From positions 117,229 to 181,228 of the forward strand of contig CBDCMH010000008.1 of the NCBI GenBank assembly GCA_965218935.1: a stretch of DNA of 64,000 bases, in the 5' to 3' direction. This document shows positions 37,943 to 48,296 of this stretch, piece after piece. Positions within the stretch are counted from its first letter, which is position 1. Every line of letters begins with the position of its first letter. The DNA is from Acidobacteriota bacterium (GTDB taxonomy: Bacteria; Acidobacteriota; UBA6911; RPQK01; JADFOI01). A model generated the notes under the pieces. It worked only from the letters and a program-made list of their open reading frames with translations, had not been told where the DNA came from and searched no databases. The position numbers and the translations under genes are program-made.

Positions 37943-38469
37943 AAGAGGCATTACCCAACCAGATCCTGGCTATTCTCTTTGTGGCGAAAGAGCCGTTGAC
38001 TCTTTCTCAGCTGCAGGACGTCTATCCCGACACATCGGCGGACGAACTCCAGGAAAACCTGGACCTGCTGGTATCGAAATTCAACTCTTTTCAGCAGGCT
38101 GTTGAGATTCGCGAAATCGGAGGGGGCTATAGGATGACCACCCTCCCCAATCATCACGAAGACATTAGAACCTACCTGAAAACAAAGCCTTCCGCTAAAC
38201 TGTCTTTGGCGGCCTTGGAGACACTGGCGGTGATTGCCTACAAGCAGCCTGCGACTCTCCCGGAAATCATGGAGATCCGTGGTATCAAGGGAACGTCCAC
38301 GATTCACACGCTGCTCGAGAAAAAACTGATCGAAACCCGGGGACGGAAGAAAGTCGTGGGGCGACCGATCATGTATGGAACCACCAAGGAATTCACCCTT
38401 CATTTTGGCCTCAGGGATCTCTCCGAGCTGCCCACCTTAGAAGAATTACAAGAGGTTCTCACCCAATAG
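37936..38469 (+). CDS. scpB: Segregation/condensation protein B
   Basis: LSLAALETLAVIAYKQP, GRPIMYGTT. Confidence 0.95.
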   Translation: MLEEALPNQILAILFVAKEPLTLSQLQDVYPDTSADELQENLDLLVSKFNSFQQAVEIREIGGGYRMTTLPNHHEDIRTYLKTKPSAKLSLAALETLAVIAYKQPATLPEIMEIRGIKGTSTIHTLLEKKLIETRGRKKVVGRPIMYGTTKEFTLHFGLRDLSELPTLEELQEVLTQ

Positions 38470-38496
38470 AAGGGGAGAGAAGCTCGAAACGATCCG

Positions 38497-39267
38497 GTGG
38501 GGGAAGTCGTATTCCCTCCAGAAGGAGTGCTCGTGCCAGAGCGGCTACAGAAAATCGTGGCGGCTGCGGGAATTGCCTCGCGCCGAAAGGCCGAGCAGCT
38601 CATCCTGGAGGGACGTGTTTCGGTCAATGGCCAAACCGTCACTCGATTGGGTACCAGGGTTGATCCTCAGCAGGATCACGTCAAGGTGGACGGCAAACTG
38701 ATTCGGCCGGAGCCTCTGGAATACTTCATCGTCAACAAACCCCAGGGTGTCCTGAGTGCCGCATCCGATCCTTTAAAACGCCCCCTTGTGACCCAGCTGG
38801 TGCGTTCGCAATCAAGGCTTTATCCGGTGGGAAGACTGGACTTTCAGAGCGAAGGATTGATGATTCTCACTAATGATGGAGAGCTGACCCGCAGGATCAC
38901 TCGAGCCGGAACTCTGGCAAAGGTCTACCACGTTAAAGTGCACGGCCAACCTACCCAGGAGAAGCTGGACCGGCTTTGTAAGGGAATGAGCATCGAGGGG
39001 GAAAAGTTTGCCCGATGCGAGATTAAGGAATTCAAAAAAGCTCGGAATTGTTGGTTTGAAGTGGTTCTTCGTGAGGGAAGGAACCGCCAGATTCGGCGCA
39101 TGTTTGAACACGTGGGGCATCTGGTCATGCGGGTCCGCCGAACGACGATTGGACCGCTTACACTGGGAAATCTTTCCCCCGGTGGTTATCGGAAGCTGAG
39201 CACCCGGGAAGTGCACTTGCTGCAGAATAAGAAAAAACGAAAGCAAAAAAGTAAAAAATCAGGATAA
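38497..39267 (+). CDS. rluB: rRNA pseudouridine synthase with S4 domain
   Basis: RLQKIVA..GIASRR, VGRLD, EGRNRQIRRM; follows scpAB. Confidence 0.85.
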   Translation: MGEVVFPPEGVLVPERLQKIVAAAGIASRRKAEQLILEGRVSVNGQTVTRLGTRVDPQQDHVKVDGKLIRPEPLEYFIVNKPQGVLSAASDPLKRPLVTQLVRSQSRLYPVGRLDFQSEGLMILTNDGELTRRITRAGTLAKVYHVKVHGQPTQEKLDRLCKGMSIEGEKFARCEIKEFKKARNCWFEVVLREGRNRQIRRMFEHVGHLVMRVRRTTIGPLTLGNLSPGGYRKLSTREVHLLQNKKKRKQKSKKSG

Positions 39268-39276
39268 TAGAAGAAG

Positions 39277-40494
39277 ATGTTTACTGGAATCGTTCAGGCT
39301 ATGGGGGAAATTCTCGCCAAGGAACAGAGCGAGGATGGAGCTAGTTTCGAAATCGGATCGGGAAAAGTCCTTGCCGATCTCAAGCCTGGGGACAGTATCA
39401 GTGTAGATGGTGTCTGTCTAACTGTAGCCGAGAAGAAGAAAGGGGCGATCCGGTTGGAGTTGGCACCTGAGACGCTCCGCTGTACCAACCTGGGAGAACG
39501 CTGTTCAGGCGATCAGGTTCATCTCGAGCGATCGGCCAAACTGACCGATTTTCTGGGAGGCCACCTGGTGCAGGGTCATGTGGACCAAACCGGCGAAGTT
39601 CTTGCCGTCACGGAGGAAGGGAACTCCAAGGTCTTTCGCGTTGCCGCTCCGGCCCAGATCCTGCGTTATTGCACGCTGAAAGGGAGTATCACAGTCAACG
39701 GAGTGAGTCTCACTCTCTCGGCCTTGAATTCAGAGAGCTTTGAGGTCACAATCGTTCCCCACACTCTCAAGGTAACGAATTTTGAGCAGCTTAAAGTAGG
39801 GGACAACGTGAATTTGGAAGCGGATGTAGTGAGCAAATACGTGGAATCCCACGTGAGTCAATACCTGGAAGCCCATGTACGGCGTCTTCTGGGGTTGCTT
39901 GCGGGTATCTTTCTCAGTTCGACACTCCTTTTTGGGGGCGATTTTGCCCTGGGGCCCAATTCGATACTGGTTTATTCCAATCAATCCCGCCAGCAGAAGG
40001 AAGCCCAATTTGTGTTTCGACTGGCCCGTTATCGCCCGGACATCTTTCTGGAGTGGGAATCGATCACCGATCAAGGCACCATTCACCTCCACCGCGGGGC
40101 GGTCAGCAAGGCGGGGAGGTTTACCGTCAGTTCACTGTTTGAAGTGGGCGTCGACGTGGAATCTTCTGAGATGATGACTCTCTGGTTGTCGGAGAAGATC
40201 TACCGGGATCTCACCGAAAGAGGGGAGGCCCGAATTGAACTCAATCGCTCGCCGGTGAAACTGACGCTCAAGGATGAGGGGACCTATCGTTTGACCATCA
40301 ATAAGGAGGCTCAGGAGATCCCCGTCATCCATGTGGAGGACGATCGGAAAGGTTCCTGGACCTTCCATAAAAGTGGCGAAAACCCACTTCTTGTGGAGTA
40401 TGTCACTCCTTATTTCCATCAACACCTGAAAATGGTCTCTACGGAGCCCAGCAATAAACTACGCTGGATCAGGGAGTTACCGGGCATAAAATAG
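39277..40494 (+). CDS. ribE: Riboflavin synthase fused to TM/signal-like segment and about 190-aa unknown domain
   Basis: [22 protein letters not shown]; no stop after KYVESHV. Confidence 0.85.
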   Translation: MFTGIVQAMGEILAKEQSEDGASFEIGSGKVLADLKPGDSISVDGVCLTVAEKKKGAIRLELAPETLRCTNLGERCSGDQVHLERSAKLTDFLGGHLVQGHVDQTGEVLAVTEEGNSKVFRVAAPAQILRYCTLKGSITVNGVSLTLSALNSESFEVTIVPHTLKVTNFEQLKVGDNVNLEADVVSKYVESHVSQYLEAHVRRLLGLLAGIFLSSTLLFGGDFALGPNSILVYSNQSRQQKEAQFVFRLARYRPDIFLEWESITDQGTIHLHRGAVSKAGRFTVSSLFEVGVDVESSEMMTLWLSEKIYRDLTERGEARIELNRSPVKLTLKDEGTYRLTINKEAQEIPVIHVEDDRKGSWTFHKSGENPLLVEYVTPYFHQHLKMVSTEPSNKLRWIRELPGIK

Positions 40495-40564
40495 AAAACG
40501 CGCATTTGTTTCTGGGGTGTGATGGGAAATTTCGCTAGAATGAGATTCGCGTATCAAGGAGAAT

Positions 40565-41701
40565 ATGCCTTTAAACGAAGTTAAAGAAGCCATCGACGAC
40601 TTTCGCGACGGGAAAATGGTCATCGTCATCGACGAGGAAGATCGTGAGAACGAGGGCGATCTAACCATAGCCGCGGAAAAAGTTACTCCCGAGGTCATCA
40701 ACTTCATGGCCAAATATGGACGGGGTTTGATCTGTATGCCCATGACGGGGGAGCGGTTGCGCGAGCTCAACATACCCCTGATGGTGTCCAAGAATGAATC
40801 AACTCATGGAACAGCTTTTTGTGTGAGCATTGAGGCACGCCGTAACGTGTCCACCGGTATTTCTGCCGCCGATCGCGCCATCACCATCCAAACCGCTGTG
40901 GATCCCAAGACCCAGCCGGAAGATCTGATCCGGCCGGGTCATGTTTTCCCGCTGCGGGCACGTCGAGGTGGGGTCTTGAAGCGAGCGGGACAGACAGAAG
41001 CCGCTGTGGATCTGGCTCGGATCGCGGGGCTCTCTCCAGCCGGTGTCATCTGTGAAATCATGAACGACGATGGGACCATGGCGCGGCTTCCTGATCTGAA
41101 GGAATTTGGCAAGAAGCATGACATCAAGATTATCTCCGTTGTCGATCTGATTCATTTTCGCCTCAAGACTGAAAAATTTGTCAGGCAGGTCCAAAGCATG
41201 CCCTTCAATTCCGAGTTCGGGCAGTTTGAGCTCCTCCTTTTTGAGAATGAATTAGAGGGTGATCTCCATCTGGCATTGGTGAAGGGAGATCTCAAAGGGA
41301 AGGAACCCGTCTTGGTCCGCGTTCAGACGGAATCGGTGCTCGGGGATGTGTTTTTAACCTTGAAGAGTGACCAGGGAAGAGAACTCAGGCGCTCGCTTGA
41401 AATGATTCAGAAGGCGGGACGAGGTGTCCTCGTCTATTTGCGGCAGAGAGGCGAGGAGAGAGTGCTGCTGCGGGAAGTACAAGAGCATCAAACGGCCGTA
41501 CAAGAGGCGGAACTGCAACTTGGTCAACAGCACCCGATTGACTTCAGGGACTATGGGATTGGAGCACAAATTCTTGCCAGTTTAGGCCTCCACAAGATTC
41601 GGCTCTTGACCAATCATCCGAAAAAAATGGTGGGATTGGAGGGGTTCGAACTCGATGTTGTGGAACAGATTCCCATCCGGGTCACTGAATCCGTGCGTTA
41701 G
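40565..41701 (+). CDS. ribBA: DHBP synthase fused to degenerate GTP cyclohydrolase II (RibBX-type)
   Basis: [10 protein letters not shown] and GHVFPL in RibB. The GCHII Zn site reads TESVLGD..SDQG instead of ECxxGD..CDCG. Confidence 0.88.
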   Translation: MPLNEVKEAIDDFRDGKMVIVIDEEDRENEGDLTIAAEKVTPEVINFMAKYGRGLICMPMTGERLRELNIPLMVSKNESTHGTAFCVSIEARRNVSTGISAADRAITIQTAVDPKTQPEDLIRPGHVFPLRARRGGVLKRAGQTEAAVDLARIAGLSPAGVICEIMNDDGTMARLPDLKEFGKKHDIKIISVVDLIHFRLKTEKFVRQVQSMPFNSEFGQFELLLFENELEGDLHLALVKGDLKGKEPVLVRVQTESVLGDVFLTLKSDQGRELRRSLEMIQKAGRGVLVYLRQRGEERVLLREVQEHQTAVQEAELQLGQQHPIDFRDYGIGAQILASLGLHKIRLLTNHPKKMVGLEGFELDVVEQIPIRVTESVR

Positions 41702-42667
41702 CCCGGTTGGCCCTTCTCGACCAGGTATCCTTCCCGGTGCTGGACCTTGAGTTTGTCCGGCTTCCCGTCACCATCGACATCTGCCACAACCTCTACCTTG
41801 ATCTTCCGAAACTTTCCGTCCTTCTCGGTATTGGTCGAGACATAGCCCAAGGAGTACTGGCTCCTGAGCAGTGCCGAGATGGTCTGAAAGATTCCCTCGT
41901 AGGCCTGCACAAAGCGAGGGAAAAAGGCCACTCCACCCGTGTATCTGGCAAAGTACTTGAGGACAGCTTCGGCTTGGAAAAGATCCATGCGGGTGCTGGT
42001 GTTGTAGTCATTACGAACGCGTGCATTTCCACCCAAGCTGATGGGATAAATCACCACGTTTCCCTCTTTCACTTTGTCCAGGGTCTCGCTGAGATTCCTT
42101 TTGCTGAAAGTATCCAGTCCTGAGGAGACCAGGACCATGGCTACTTTGCCATCCAGTTCCGATACCCGATCGAGCACGTCGTAGACGGTGTCATAGAGAT
42201 TGCTTTCCCGAAAGGCGGGAGTGTTCAACTTGCGAAGGGCATTGTAGACTTCAGCTTTGTTTTGAGTGAAGTCCACAAGAATCTCAGGCCGAATGTCATA
42301 AGCCACCGCCGCAATCCAATCTTCCGGACGCATCAGCTCGGCGAACAGATGAGAGGCCAGCCAGGCCTCATACAGCCACTCCCAAGGGATCACACTGCTG
42401 AAAAAAGGTGATGTTCTGATCGACTTTTTCTTCGTAGATCCTGAAGTTTTCTTTCTGCAGTCCCTGGATGAGATTCCCATCCCTGTCCTGGACGGTGACG
42501 TCCACTTTCACCTGCTCGACGGCAACGCTCAGAGAGGCTCGGCCCTGCGGTTTCTCCTCTTCTTCTTCGATGGGCTTACCCTGTGTCTGACCTTGAACGG
42601 CATTCGTTGAGATACCCCAGATCAAGGTCAAAACGACCGCGAGGAAGGCGCACAGGAGTTTCTTCAT
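41698..42667 (-). pseudogene. Acidobacterial VWA protein with frameshift near 42410-42420
   Basis: Signal peptide and VDVTVQD..FRIYEE in one frame; WEWLYEAW..SNLYD..LRSQYSLGY in another. Confidence 0.75.
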
Positions 42668-42821
42668 GGATCGGGTACCCACGTTTTTATATTAGCACAT
42701 GAGAGGGAAGGGAGAGAATCCTACTTCACAGAAGTTTGTCCAGAAAACGACACAGGCCCCGTGGGCTAGGTGTGCATTCTCATGACATTATTCATAAGAG
42801 TCTGCTGATAGGAGACAGACC

Positions 42822-45800
42822 TGTATCCCGTCAGCGAAAGTGGGACACATAGGGCCGAGAGTTAAGAGAGAGTTGGAAGGTTTGAGGGGGTGAGATCTCA
42901 CCCCCTCAAAGGGCTGATCTTGACAGCCCATCAGAGCAAGCCGATGCTGTCATGGCACAACCAAAAGGAGAACGCTATGACCACAGACGTCGTCAAACAG
43001 ATCCGTAGGGCCACCCGCCGGAGATTCACGGCCGAAGAGAAGATCCACATCGTTTTGGAGGGGCTCCGCGGAGAGATTCCCGTGACTGTGCCGCAAAGAA
43101 GGGATTCAACCTTCGATCTACTACAAGTGGTCCAAGGCCTTCCTGGACGGGCAAAAACGGTCTAACCCGGGAGACCCAACGGAATGCGACTTCCGGTGAG
43201 GTGCGTCGCTTGAAGGAGGAGAATGAGGCCTTGAAGAAGGCGGTGGCCGAGACGGTAGTGGAGAACCAAAAGCTAAAAAAAAGTTTGGGCCTGTAAGGCG
43301 AAGGAGGTATCAGAGGATGCTCAGCGAGCACAAGCTGAAGTTTTAAGGACAGTGGAGGCCTCCGAGTTACCGGTCCGGGAGGTGCTGGATCAACTCGAGA
43401 TCCCCCGCTCGACCTACTATCGCTGGAGACACCACTTTCGAAAGAGGGGGTTGGCAGGCTTGCGGGACCGTCCCCCAGGATCAGGACGGGTTTGGAATCA
43501 GATCCTGCCCAAAGAACGGGACCGAATCCTGATGGCGCTGCTGTTTCCAGAGTGGTCCTCACAGCTGCCAGGTGACGGATTGCGGGTTTACGGTCTCGGA
43601 ATCCTCGGTCTACCGGATTTTGAAAGCGGAAGGGCTGATTCGGGAGGTTCAACTCGGAGCTTTCCAGCCGAATCGGAATATCGAATCAAGACGACCCGAC
43701 CCAACCAGCAGTGGCAAACGGATGCGACCTATCTTCTGGTCAAGAACTGGGGCTGGTACTATCTGATCTCAGTACTGGATGACTTTAGCCGGAGGATCCT
43801 GGCCTGGGGACTTCACACGGCCATGCGTGCTGGAGACTTCAGCCAGGTGGTCGAGGCGGCTTGTGAGAGAACGGGTGTGGAACAGGCTCCGTTGTCTGAT
43901 CGGCCCCGGCTGGTGACAGACCGCGGACCGGCTTTGATCTCCAAAGACTTTGGTCAGTATCTGGAGACCAAGGGATGGGCCACATCCTGGCCTCACCCTA
44001 TCATCCCCAGACCAACGGGAAGATCGAACGCTACCATCGTTCCTGCAAGGAACGCATCAACCTAATGGTCTGGGAGACACCCGAGGAGTTGGAGCGAGAA
44101 ATCGCGGTCTTTATCGACTACTACAACTCCAGGCGCTATCACGAGGCCCTGGGTAACGTCACACCCGATGACATGTACTTCGCAAGACGAGATCCACACA
44201 AAAAGGAGAAGATTGAAAGGAGTCACCCCCCCGTTGCCTCACGTAAAAATCTATTCCAAAGGGTATTCGTTGCCTCACTAAGAATCTATCCGAAAGGGAT
44301 TGCAAAAAGTGGTGGTAAAAAGCACCAACCAGAGGAGTGGCAACCCCTTGCCCAACACCCGCAGCCTGCAGCAAGAGAAAGATTTTCACATCCAGCCCGT
44401 TTCCCATCGTTTCTTCTGCTCAATCCTATCTTCCAGAAGTTTGTTCAGAAAATGCACAGGCCCCGTGGGCGGCATTCTCATGACATTATTCATAAGAAGT
44501 CTGCTGATATTCTGACAGACCACCCAGGCTCTGATGTTGGCGGTGCCGGATTATACTCGGGCCAGTTCCCGCTTGATCTTGTCCGCCACCTCAGGGGACT
44601 CGCAGATCCTCCGGTAGCGAGTTTTCGGCACATCATACTTTTTCCAGATCCGAGACCCTCGACGTTGCTTGGCCACCATCTTCATGACCGGCTTGAAAAA
44701 GTTGATCTGCAGTCGCAGCCGATCGTACAACTCGTTCACCAGCTCCTGTTCTCGCTCTCCCTCGTAGCGAGCATAACCCACGGCCCGCCGAACCACCGAA
44801 TAGTTTTTCTGCTCCACATAAGGGTTGTCATTCTTGCGCGAGGGGCGGGTTCGGCTGAAGCTGATCTTTTCCTGCTCACAAAAACGAATCAAGTGCTTGT
44901 TGATGAACTCGCTGCCGTTGTCCGAAGCCATCCCCAGCCAAGGGAAGGGCGAGCGCTTCTGAAGCAGCTTCATCGCTTCCAGGACCCACACCTGGGCCTT
45001 ATTGCGCACCGCTCGGACCTCTGTCCAGCCCGTGTACACGTCCGTCACATCCAGGGTTTGAAGGTAGTCCCCCGACCCTGGCCTCCCTCATGGCCCACCA
45101 GGTCCACTTCCACAAAACCGGGGCGATCCTCCTGCCAGTCGGCGAAACGCTTGATCGGAATCTGGTGTTTGAGCAGCGTTCCCGGCTTGGTTCCGGATCG
45201 TCCTTTGAGACGGTGCTTGCACCTTTCGGGCTCCAGCAGCCGATCGATGGTGGCGGCGCTGATCTGCATCAACCGCTCATGGGTGCTGGCATCCACTTTC
45301 AGTTCCCCATGTCTTTGTAAAATGGGTACCACTTCCGGCAAAATCGCGACCAGACGTTTGCCACACAAATAGTCCAGTATCTCCCAGATCATCGTCAGCG
45401 CCTTTAGAACTTTCTGGTCGTATTTGCGGGCCCGCTCTCGCCGTACTCTCTTGCCGATATCCCCTACCGCCACCAGCTTGGGGCTCAACCGGATCCGCTT
45501 GCCCCGAAGCAGATAGGCTCCATAGCAGCGGTTGTAGCCCGTCATTTGGGTAAACTCCGTCAACACTTCCCCCTTCACCTTCTTGCCCTTCTTCCGGTAG
45601 CGGGGGGCAAAACTTTTGATCAATACACGCTTTTCTGCCATCGTTAACCTCATTGGTGCCCTCCATTCCTTCATGGAGGACACTTCTATTCCCCTGCTCA
45701 GGGCCAGGCAATTTCGAATAGATTTTTTAATGAGGCAACGTATCCATTTCGAATAGATTTTTGATGAGGCAATTCGAACTCTTGCCCGTCGGAGATCAAG

Positions 45801-45851
45801 CTAAACTGGATCAACTGTCTCTTAGCTTCAAATGTCCCATTCTCGCTTACA
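42822..45851 (+). mobile_element. IS3-like two-ORF element (frameshifted) inserted in IS481
   Basis: TGTA...TACA ends, 8-bp TSD GACAGACC (42814-42821; 45852-45859), orfA ATG 42977, A8G slippery run 43275-43283, rve orfB (WQTD, DRG, GKIERYH). Confidence 0.85.
44230..45776 (-). mobile_element. 1,500-bp DDE IS copy 2, damaged
   Basis: Same ends as copies 1 and 3. It has frameshifts, a foreign patch at 44422-44545 and no clean TSD. Confidence 0.85.
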
Positions 45852-45859
45852 GACAGACC

Positions 45860-46745
45860 ACCCAGGCTCTGATGTTGGCGGTGATGATTATAGAAGTGAA
45901 GCCAGGGGCGAAGCCAGCGAAAACGGTGGCCTGAAGTGCGGTAGGGGAAGCGGTAGGCCCACTCACGGAGGAGAGTCTGGATCAAGCGTTCTGCTTTGCC
46001 GTTGGTTTGAGGCCGGTAAGGACGGGTGCGGGTGGCGAAGCCCCAGTTGCTGGCAAAGACCCTGGAAAGCGTGGGAGACATAACAGGAACCGTTATCGGT
46101 CAGGACCTGTTCTACCCGGATACCCAGCTTTTGGAACCAGAGGACGGCTCGGCCGAGAAAAGCCATAGCCGATTGTTTGCGCTCGTCCGGGAGAACTTCG
46201 ACATAGGCCAATCGAGAGTTATCGTCGATACACACATGGACAAACTCCCATCCCACTCCCCGAGCTCGACGCCGTTTATCTCGAGTGATGCGATGCCCCA
46301 CACCAGCAATCCTGCCCAGTTTTTTGATGTCCAGGTGCAACAACTGCCCAGGATGGTCGCGCTCGTAGCGACGAGCGGGCTGTGCAGGCTCCAGGCTCTT
46401 CAAGCGTCCCCATCCGGCTTGTTGCAGGATCCGGGCCACGGTGGAGCGGGCCAGACCCAAACGAGCGGCAATCTCGGCTGCCACCATTCGACGACGGCGA
46501 AGACGGTAAATTGCCTCTCGATCCCGCCTCGGGGTCTGCCGGGCAATCCGAGCGGGTCTGGAAGACCGGTCTTCCAGACCCGCTCGGCCTTGGGCTTGAT
46601 AACGAGCCAGCCACTTGTAGACGGTCCGCTCACTGATCCCCACCGACTGAGCCACCTCCTGGACCGATTGTCTTTGCTCTTTCACTCGTCGGATGATCAG
46701 TTCTCGACTTCTTGGGCAGGTTCGGGCATTCTGGTGGATGTCCAT
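45860..46745 (-). pseudogene. IS481 transposase (frameshifted; last codons displaced to 42768-42821)
   Basis: MDIHQNART, LHLDIKKLG, TDNGSCY, TNGKAER. Confidence 0.88.
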
Positions 46746-46907
46746 TCGGGTTCTCCTTTCGGTGCTGATGGTCTAATCTTCCAATCAGCATTGCCGAAAA
46801 GACTCGGATGGACAACCCCTTTTACTGAACAACCTGTTGAGAGTTCACAGCTAGCCCACGGACCTGATTGGTCCTCGGTAGTTGTTGGAGTATTTCCTGT
46901 CACTCGG

Positions 46908-48242
46908 CTACCGGCCAATGAGCACGAAACGCAGGTCCATGACGTTGGTCAGGGTTGGACCGGTCATGATCAAGTCTCCCAGCTCAGAAAAAAAATGATA
47001 GGAATCGTTGCGGTCCAGATGGTCCTGTATGGAGAGATTTCTTTCCAGTGCCCTTCGGGCGGTTTCTGGGGAAGCCAGGGCCCCGGCAGCGTCGGTGGGC
47101 CCGTCTGTTCCATCGGATCCCACGCTTGCGAACAAGATCTTGGGGTGGCTCCAATCGGCGATCTCCCGGGCACACCAGAGAGCAAACTCCTGGTTTCTCC
47201 CTCCTTTTCCGGTCCCGGTCAGACGTACCGTGGTCTCGCCGCCCGAGATAATGCAGCATGGGGGTTGAATGGGATCTCCAGTCTCAAGAGCCTGCCGTGC
47301 GATGGCAACGTGTGAAAGGGCGACATCTGCCGTATTTCCGGTAATGGAGGAGGACAAGATCAGCGGCGAGAAGCCGAGTTGGCTGGCTTTCTCAGCGGCG
47401 GCCTGAAGAGCCTGCATATTGCAGCCGACGATGACATTGTGCACTCTCTCAAAACGAGGGTCACCCGGTTTGGGTGTTTCCTCGCTGCCCGGGCTGCCGG
47501 CCGCTCCCGATTGGAGATGCTTCAGTACCGACCCCGGGATCTTTTTTTCAAGACCATATCGACGAATGATCTCCATGCACTGTGAAAAGGTGGTGGGATC
47601 CGGGTTTGTGGGGCCGGAAGCAATGCTGGCCAGATCATCCCCCACCACATCGGAGAGCAGAAGTGTAATCACTTCTGCACCGTGGGTGTAATTGAGCAAC
47701 TGTCCCCCTTTGACTCTACTCAGATGTTTGCGAATGGTGTTGATCTCCTGGATGGTGGCTTCGCTTTGCAGAAGCAAAGCCGAGGCAGCCTTCTTCTCTT
47801 CAAAGGTGATCGCCGAAACCGGTGCAGGGAGCAGGGCGGAGCCTCCTCCCGAAATAACGACGATCAGAAGATCGTTCTTCTGGAGGTTGTCCTGGAGAAA
47901 GGCCAGAACACGTTGGGTGGACTGATACCCTCCTTGATCCGGGTCAGGATGGTTTCCTTCATGGACCGTGGTCTTTTGAAGAGTCCCGCCATGCCCGTAT
48001 TTCACGACCACCATTCCCGCTTCCAAGGCATCTCCCAGAGCTCTCTCCACGGCGCGAGCCATGGGAAGTCCGGCTTTGCCGGCGCCGATGAGAAATACCC
48101 GCCGTTGGGGTAGAGAATAGGTTCGCCCGGCGACTCGCAGTTGATCGTTCTCTCGATTGAAACAGCCGAGCACGGCACCTTCCGGATCGACGGCTTCAAG
48201 AGCACTCTGCTGAACTTGTTCGAGTACTGACCGTAGTTCCAC
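46908..48242 (-). CDS. Glycerate kinase (MOFRL/TtuD family)
   Basis: GAGKA, ISGGGSAL, SGGET, GRNQE, GTDGPT, TNVMD. Confidence 0.93.
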   Translation of the reverse strand: MELRSVLEQVQQSALEAVDPEGAVLGCFNRENDQLRVAGRTYSLPQRRVFLIGAGKAGLPMARAVERALGDALEAGMVVVKYGHGGTLQKTTVHEGNHPDPDQGGYQSTQRVLAFLQDNLQKNDLLIVVISGGGSALLPAPVSAITFEEKKAASALLLQSEATIQEINTIRKHLSRVKGGQLLNYTHGAEVITLLLSDVVGDDLASIASGPTNPDPTTFSQCMEIIRRYGLEKKIPGSVLKHLQSGAAGSPGSEETPKPGDPRFERVHNVIVGCNMQALQAAAEKASQLGFSPLILSSSITGNTADVALSHVAIARQALETGDPIQPPCCIISGGETTVRLTGTGKGGRNQEFALWCAREIADWSHPKILFASVGSDGTDGPTDAAGALASPETARRALERNLSIQDHLDRNDSYHFFSELGDLIMTGPTLTNVMDLRFVLIGR

Positions 48243-48296
48243 GGAATCATTATAGGCTTCTTGTCCGAATCAGTCTCAAGTGATAAACTTCAGGTC

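Larger units (their letters stand above)
42771..46849 (-). mobile_element. IS481-family element, interrupted by nested insertions
   Basis: TGT...ACA 24-bp IRs and an NCTAGN TSD (gctagg 42765-42770 / gctagc 46850-46855). Confidence 0.88.

Noticed and set aside
39240-40565. FMN riboswitch before ribE or ribBA
   Set aside because: The intergenic gaps (9 and 70 bp) are too short and lack the conserved aptamer motifs.
43975-45372. 465-aa ORF as a novel fusion protein
   Set aside because: It is the IS3-like orfB tail reading into the antisense strand of DDE copy 2 and the patch.
44225-45781. 5-bp TSD for DDE copy 2
   Set aside because: The flanks acccc and aactc do not match; local sequence noise prevents a conclusion.
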